A DNA stretch of 64,000 nucleotides from contig CAYOGL010000022.1 of assembly GCA_964403515.1 (NCBI GenBank), positions 1,078 through 65,077 of the forward strand. Reading direction: 5' to 3'. Below, in pieces: positions 58,976 to 64,000 of the stretch. The number at the start of each line of letters is the position of its first letter. Position 1 is the first letter of the stretch. Below the pieces are notes generated by a model. The model saw only the letters and a program-made list of their open reading frames with translations. It had not been told where the DNA came from and searched no databases. The position numbers and the translations under genes are program-made. This DNA comes from an uncultured Burkholderiales bacterium (lineage in GTDB: Bacteria > Pseudomonadota > Gammaproteobacteria > Burkholderiales > Usitatibacteraceae).

Positions 58976-59113
58976 CCGGTTCCTTGGGCCATTCCACACT
59001 CGAATGCTTCGCGCGGCGATGACAGTCTATGAAAGGAGGATTGCACTGATTCGGGGAGCGCTCCTAGTTCCCTAAGACTACAAAGGCGTCGGGCGCCAGC
59101 CACGCGCGCGAAG

Positions 59114-59138
59114 AAAAAAAGGCCCCTCGCGGGGCCTT
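59114..59138 (-). terminator. Rho-independent terminator
   Basis: A7-GGCCCC-TCGC-GGGGCC-TT. Confidence 0.8.
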
Positions 59139-59183
59139 CGGGTCGGTCTGGCGTCAGCGACTGCATCGACGCCGCGACACGAT

Positions 59184-59657
59184 TCAGTTCACGGCGATGA
59201 TCCGTCCGGGGGCCCGCACGGCGGCCTGCGCCGGCGTCGCGAGACGGTCCACGGTGAAGCTGCGCGCGGAGCTCGCCTGCGAGGCGCCTTCCACGCGCAC
59301 GGTCCAGCGATAATCGCCCGGCGGCAGCGGCCGTTGCCACGCGAGCGAGTTGCTGCGCGTGGAGCGCGTCTCCACGTGCCCGTCGGGGAAGGTGAGCGCG
59401 ATCGAATAGCCGCGCGCGCCGTCCTGCGCGGGCCAGCTGAAATCGGGAGCCGGCGCGAGGAGCGAGGCGCAGTCGACCGGGCGCACCAGCGCGAGCGGAT
59501 CGGACGCGACCAGCATGTCGTGCTGCTCGCCGCAGCCTTGCGCATGCGCGTTGGCCATCCACAGCGCCGCCCCGACGAGCAGCACCGTCGAGCCGATGAT
59601 GAAGCGCGCGCGGCGTGCCTCGAGACTGCGAGCCGGGACGGTGAGCGATCGGCGCAT
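59184..59657 (-). CDS. Exported hypothetical protein with a single Ig/FN3-like module
   Basis: Hydrophobic h-region ending AHA; PDFSWP...Y...; LPPGDYRWTVRV. Confidence 0.7.
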   Translation of the reverse strand: MRRSLTVPARSLEARRARFIIGSTVLLVGAALWMANAHAQGCGEQHDMLVASDPLALVRPVDCASLLAPAPDFSWPAQDGARGYSIALTFPDGHVETRSTRSNSLAWQRPLPPGDYRWTVRVEGASQASSARSFTVDRLATPAQAAVRAPGRIIAVN

Positions 59658-60020
59658 GGGGTTCTCCTGGGAAGCGTGGCGACGCGACCTCCCAAGCAAG
59701 GCCGGTGCCATTCATGCAATGTCCTTGTGCGTCAGGCGCTTGGCGATCGCGATGCGATTCGCGTCCGCATCGCGTGTAGCGCGTGGGTGACGCGCAATGT
59801 CGATCGCACGCGCAATTGCCGTAGGGAATACCCGCGGCGCGTCGGAAGGCGCCTACGCGCTGTAGCCGCGGCACGACAACGATGCGGCCGCCGATGACGT
59901 TCCGCGTCAACATGGAGCCACGACCGCGCCTCGCGCGCCTCCCCGCGTCGCCGCGCGACGACAGCGGCCCGGAACCAAGCGCGGCGCCGCGAAGTCACTC
60001 GGTGGCGTCGGGAACGTCCC

Positions 60021-60749
60021 ATGGCCGAGAACGAAGAACGGAAGCTGCGCAACGAAGAGGAGAACCCCGCCGACGAATGGCGGCGTCTCGTGGCGGAGCT
60101 TTTCGGCACGTTCGCGCTCGTGCTCTTCGATGCGGGCGCGAAGGTCGCGGACACGATGAGCGGCGACATGCCGGCGGCGGCGCAGGCGCTGGTGGCCGGC
60201 CTCGTGGTCGCGTCGATGATCTATGCCATCGGCCACCGCTCCGGCGCCCACATCAATCCCGCGGTCACCTTCGGCTTCGCCCTGCGCGGCGTGTTTGCAT
60301 GGCGGCGCGTGCCCGGCTACGTCATCGCGCAGCTCATCGGGGCGCTCATCGCCGCGGCGGTGCTGCGCGCGCTCTTCGGCGACGAGGAGCATCTGGGCGC
60401 CACGCTTCCGCAGGACTCCGCGACGCTCGCGCTCGCCATGGAAGTGCTGCTCACGATCCTGCTGGTCTCGGTGATCCTCGGCACCTCGAACCGCCATCGC
60501 ATGATCGGGCCGAACGCGGCGATCGCCGTCGGCGCGACGATCATCGCGTGCAACATCTTCGGCCGCGGCGTGAGCGGCGCCTCGATGAATCCCGCGCGCT
60601 CGCTCGGCCCCGCCATCGTGAGCGCAACGTTCGACGGCTGGTGGGTCTACGTCGTGGGCCCGCTCGTGGGCGCCGCGATCGCCGTCGGGCTCGCCTTCCT
60701 CATCCATGGCGCGCAGAAGACCGACGAGGCGAAGGCCGCGAAAGGCTGA
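60021..60749 (+). CDS. Aquaporin (MIP family)
   Basis: SGAHINPAVT and SMNPARSLGPA. Confidence 0.95.
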   Translation: MAENEERKLRNEEENPADEWRRLVAELFGTFALVLFDAGAKVADTMSGDMPAAAQALVAGLVVASMIYAIGHRSGAHINPAVTFGFALRGVFAWRRVPGYVIAQLIGALIAAAVLRALFGDEEHLGATLPQDSATLALAMEVLLTILLVSVILGTSNRHRMIGPNAAIAVGATIIACNIFGRGVSGASMNPARSLGPAIVSATFDGWWVYVVGPLVGAAIAVGLAFLIHGAQKTDEAKAAKG

Positions 60750-60767
60750 GCGCGCCACGGTCGCCGG

Positions 60768-62024
60768 CTACGGGGCGGCGCCGCGTTCGCGGGGCACCGC
60801 GCGCGTCGCGGTGGGCCAGAGCGCGCGATACGCCGCGCGCAGCTTCGGGATCTCGTAGCGCCACTCGAGCTCGTTCTCGACGCGGCGGCGCCCGTACGCG
60901 CCCATGGCGGCGCGGCGCCCGGGATCGTCGACCAGCTCGAGGATCCTGGCCGCCATGTCCGCCGGGTCGTTGCGCCGCGCGTAGAGCGAGGCCTCCTGCG
61001 CGGAGAAGCGCCCCTCGGTGAGGTCGAACTGCACGATCGGCTTGCCGAGCGCCATGTACTCCATGATCTTGTTCATGGTCGACTTGTCGTTCATGTCGTT
61101 CGCGACGTCCGGGTTCACGCACACGTCGGCGGTGTTCAGCATCGCGAGCAGCTGCGCGTCGGGCACGCGCCCGGTGAAGGTCACGTAGTCGGCCACGCCG
61201 AGCTCGGCCGCGAGCGCGCGCATCTCCTCCAGCGAGGTGCCGCCGCCGACGAGCCCGAAGTGCACGTCGGTGCGCCCGTGATCGTGGACGATCGCGCGCA
61301 CCGCTTGCAGCAGCAGGTCGATGCCCTCCTGGCGCCCCATCACGCCGACGTAGCCCACCAGGTGCTTGCGTCCGCGCTTCAGCGCCGGGTCCGGGGGCAC
61401 GATCTTCAGCCGCTCGAGGCTCGGGCCGCTGCGCACGACGAACACGCGGTCCGGTTCCATGCCGCCGCGCTCGATCGCGATCCTGCGGTACGACTCGTTG
61501 GTCGCGATCGAGACGTCGGCCGTCCTGAACGTGAGCCGCTCGAACAGCACCATCAGCTTCCAGAAGAAATCGCGCCGGCCGAACTTCGCCTCGTAGAGCT
61601 CCGGGTTGATGTCGTGGTGGTCGAAGACGAACTTCTTGCCGAAGAGCTTGAAGAACCCGCCGATCAGGAAGAAGAGGTCCGGCGGGTTGCACGCGTGGAT
61701 CACGTCGAAGCCGCGCGTGAAGAGCACGCGCCAGCACAACGCGAACGTGTGGAAGAGCGCCGAGCCATACTCGACGAGGTAGCCCAGAGCGCCCTCGGCC
61801 TCGACCGGCAGGTCGTAGCGGTAGATCGCGATGCCGTCGATCTCCTCGAAGTAGCTCTCGCAGCCCTTGCCCGTCGGGCAGATGATCGAGACCGCGTAAC
61901 CCGCGTCGCGCAGGCACGTCGCCTCCTGCCACACCCGCCGGTCGAACGGGCTCGGCAGGTTCTCGACGAGGATGAGGACGCGCTTGGCGATCTTCACGGC
62001 CGGCTCACCAGCAGATTCCGTCAT
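60768..62024 (-). CDS. Glycosyltransferase family 4
   Basis: VENLPSPFDRRVWQEA, HACNPPD, NKIMEYMALGKPIV. Confidence 0.93.
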   Translation of the reverse strand: MTESAGEPAVKIAKRVLILVENLPSPFDRRVWQEATCLRDAGYAVSIICPTGKGCESYFEEIDGIAIYRYDLPVEAEGALGYLVEYGSALFHTFALCWRVLFTRGFDVIHACNPPDLFFLIGGFFKLFGKKFVFDHHDINPELYEAKFGRRDFFWKLMVLFERLTFRTADVSIATNESYRRIAIERGGMEPDRVFVVRSGPSLERLKIVPPDPALKRGRKHLVGYVGVMGRQEGIDLLLQAVRAIVHDHGRTDVHFGLVGGGTSLEEMRALAAELGVADYVTFTGRVPDAQLLAMLNTADVCVNPDVANDMNDKSTMNKIMEYMALGKPIVQFDLTEGRFSAQEASLYARRNDPADMAARILELVDDPGRRAAMGAYGRRRVENELEWRYEIPKLRAAYRALWPTATRAVPRERGAAP

Positions 62025-63315
62025 AGACGCCGGCCACGCTGCGGGTATCGGTGATGCGGACGAGGTCGACGATCTGCTGGCTCTCGCGCAGCCGCGACGG
62101 GATGTCGCGGAACTCCGGCGAGCCGTTGCCGACGACCAGCGTGTCGGCGTGCTCGAGCACCTCGTCGATCGAGCCGACCATCAGCTTCGAGATGTGCGGG
62201 ATGTGGTTGAGGATGTAGTCGCGGTTGGCGCCGTGGATCGCCGCCATGCGCACGTTGCTGTCGTAGATCCTGAGGTCGTAACCCTTGCCGATCAGGTGCT
62301 CGACCAGCTCGACGATCGGGCTCTCGCGCAGGTCGTCGGTGCCCGCCTTGAAGCTGAAGCCGAGCACGCCGACCTTCTTGCTGCCCTTGTCGATCACCGC
62401 CTGGATGCCGCGCTCGACCTGGTGGTCGTTCGACGGCAGGATCGCGTCGATGATCGGCACCTTCACGTCGAGGAGCTTGGCCTTGTACGAGAGCGCGCGC
62501 ACGTCCTTCGGCAGGCACGAGCCGCCGAAGGCGAAGCCGGGCTTCAAGTAATACGCCGAGAGATTGAGCTTGGTGTCCTGGCAGAAGATGTCCATCAGCT
62601 CGTGGCTGTCGAGCCCGAGCGCCTTGCAGATGTTGCCGATCTCGTTGGCGAACGCGACCTTGAGCGCGTGCCACGTGTTGTCGGCGTACTTCACCATCTC
62701 CGCGGTCTCGCAATCGGTGCGGATCACCGGGCCGGGAATGCCCTCGTAGAGCTTCGCGACCACGTCGCCGCTCGCGCGGTCGAGCTCGCCGATCACGGTC
62801 TTGGGCGGATGGAAGTAGTCGTGCACCGCGGTGCCCTCGCGCAGGAACTCGGGGTTCAGCGCGACGCCGAAGTCGTCGCCCGCCTTCAGGCCGGAGGACT
62901 GCTCGAGCGCGGGGATCACGACCTGGCGCATCGTCCCGGGCAGCATCGTGCTGCGCACGACGACGGTGTGGCCGGCATGCGTCTTCAGGCCCTCGCCGAT
63001 CTGCTCGCACACGCGCCGCACGTACCTGAGGTCGATGTGGCCGTTGCCGAGGCTCGGCGTGCCGACGCAGATGAGCGAAAGGTCGGTGTGGCGGACCGCT
63101 TCCTGCACGTCGGTGGTCGCCCGCAGGCGCCCCTCGGCCACGGCGCGGGCGATGATGTCGCCGATGTCGCGCTCGATGATCGGCGTCTTGCCCGCGTTGA
63201 TCAGGTCGACCTTCGCCTGCTGGGGATCGACGCCGATGACTTCGTGACCTTGCTTGGCGAGGCAGCCGGCCGACACCGCGCCGACGTAGCCGAGGCCCAT
63301 GATGCTGATCTTCAT
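62005..63315 (-). CDS. UDP-glucose/GDP-mannose 6-dehydrogenase family
   Basis: GLGYVG, NPEFLREG, FGGSCLPKD, FKAGTDDLRESP. Confidence 0.95.
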   Translation of the reverse strand: MKISIMGLGYVGAVSAGCLAKQGHEVIGVDPQQAKVDLINAGKTPIIERDIGDIIARAVAEGRLRATTDVQEAVRHTDLSLICVGTPSLGNGHIDLRYVRRVCEQIGEGLKTHAGHTVVVRSTMLPGTMRQVVIPALEQSSGLKAGDDFGVALNPEFLREGTAVHDYFHPPKTVIGELDRASGDVVAKLYEGIPGPVIRTDCETAEMVKYADNTWHALKVAFANEIGNICKALGLDSHELMDIFCQDTKLNLSAYYLKPGFAFGGSCLPKDVRALSYKAKLLDVKVPIIDAILPSNDHQVERGIQAVIDKGSKKVGVLGFSFKAGTDDLRESPIVELVEHLIGKGYDLRIYDSNVRMAAIHGANRDYILNHIPHISKLMVGSIDEVLEHADTLVVGNGSPEFRDIPSRLRESQQIVDLVRITDTRSVAGVYDGICW

Positions 63316-63505
63316 TCTTGCGGCTCCGGGAGGGGGAAAGCGATCGAAGCCCAGAATGCGCGGCGCACTTGACCGCCTATCCTCCGCCGCGCGCACCGCG
63401 CGTAGTCCGCTTGGAGGGCGGCTGTCTTCAGTCTTCGAGTGGCTTGCCGGACGGCGGCGACACGAGGCCGGAGGGAGTCATGCGGAGAAAGAACGTCGGA
63501 ACCAA

Positions 63506-63529
63506 GGATGAACACAGATGAACACAGAT
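63506..63529. repeat. Second occurrence of the GATGAACACAGAT motif (tandem, single arm)
   Basis: GGATGAACACAGATGAACACAGAT; shares ACAGATGAACACAGAT with the 56.4 kb palindrome. Confidence 0.8.
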
Positions 63530-63594
63530 AAGACCAAACCTTCAGGTCTCTGCGAGGGGCGGCATCGCGAGCGCGTAGAGAAAAAGTCCCTCCC

Positions 63595-64000
63595 TCAGCA
63601 CTCGATGGTCGTCGAGAGCGCACACGCGCCCGTGATGGTGGCGCCCCAGGCGATGGTGGTGGTCTTGTGCTTCACGTCGAAGCGCCGCGAGACCCAGCCG
63701 CCGACGGGATCGGTGCTGCCGTTCAGGAGGCGCACCTGCGCGCCGGGCAGCGTCGGCCATGCGAGGCGCAGCTTCCGGCCGGCGCGCTCGAGCGCCACGC
63801 CGCCCTCGATCGGCGTGACGACGCACTCCTCGTGGCAGTGGAAGAAGAGCTCGACGAAGTGCTCGCCCTGCATCTCCAGCCGGTCGACCACCTGGATGCG
63901 CCGCTCGTCCTTGTCGAGCATGATGCGGCGCCGGTGGGTGACCGGATCGGCGAGCGCGCGGTAGCCGTCGTGCCACCCCTCGAAGACGTCCTCCTCCGGC
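63595..64000 (-). CDS. Heparinase II/III-like protein, C-terminal part (5' end beyond the window)
   Basis: FEGWHDGY....PVTHRRRI...VVDRL...ELFFH; frame open to the window edge; polysaccharide-cluster context. Confidence 0.7.
   Translation of the reverse strand, partial: PEEDVFEGWHDGYRALADPVTHRRRIMLDKDERRIQVVDRLEMQGEHFVELFFHCHEECVVTPIEGGVALERAGRKLRLAWPTLPGAQVRLLNGSTDPVGGWVSRRFDVKHKTTTIAWGATITGACALSTTIEC

Overview
High-GC chromosomal window (about 65-70% by eye), probably from a betaproteobacterium; this is inferred from the Bug/TctC transporters, the gltX-tRNA-Ala-tRNA-Glu arrangement and general protein style. Left part (1-41 kb): a 5'-truncated RCC1/Ig/DUF4214-type surface protein, then a long catabolic region. 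That region holds a PfpI gene with a complete methanesulfonate monooxygenase operon (msmABCD, diagnostic CxH-X26-CxxH Rieske motif), a peptide ABC transporter with MlrC-type peptidase and D-aminoacylase, a three-subunit biotin carboxylase/acyl-CoA ligase/thiolase-fold/TRAP/SDR cluster, and an IclR-enoyl-CoA hydratase-SucCD-like-thioesterase-Bug cluster. At the 3' end of tRNA-Glu is a low-GC 2.6 kb islet bounded by a duplicated tRNA 3' end. It encodes a cGAS/DncV-like nucleotidyltransferase translationally coupled to an unusual signal-peptide/1TM/coiled-coil/alpha-beta protein, an atypical CBASS-like system and the strongest candidate novelty. Several gene junctions from 32 to 41.5 kb carry a structured repeat with compensatory base changes that begins with a degenerate tRNA-Glu 3' end. 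Right part: gltX, three tRNAs, a candidate 29-aa small gene, two more DUF4214-type surface proteins, two members of a small helical protein family, an APH-type kinase coupled to a divergent enolase, a two-component pair, and the end of a polysaccharide cluster. All calls come from reading motifs; no database searches were run.
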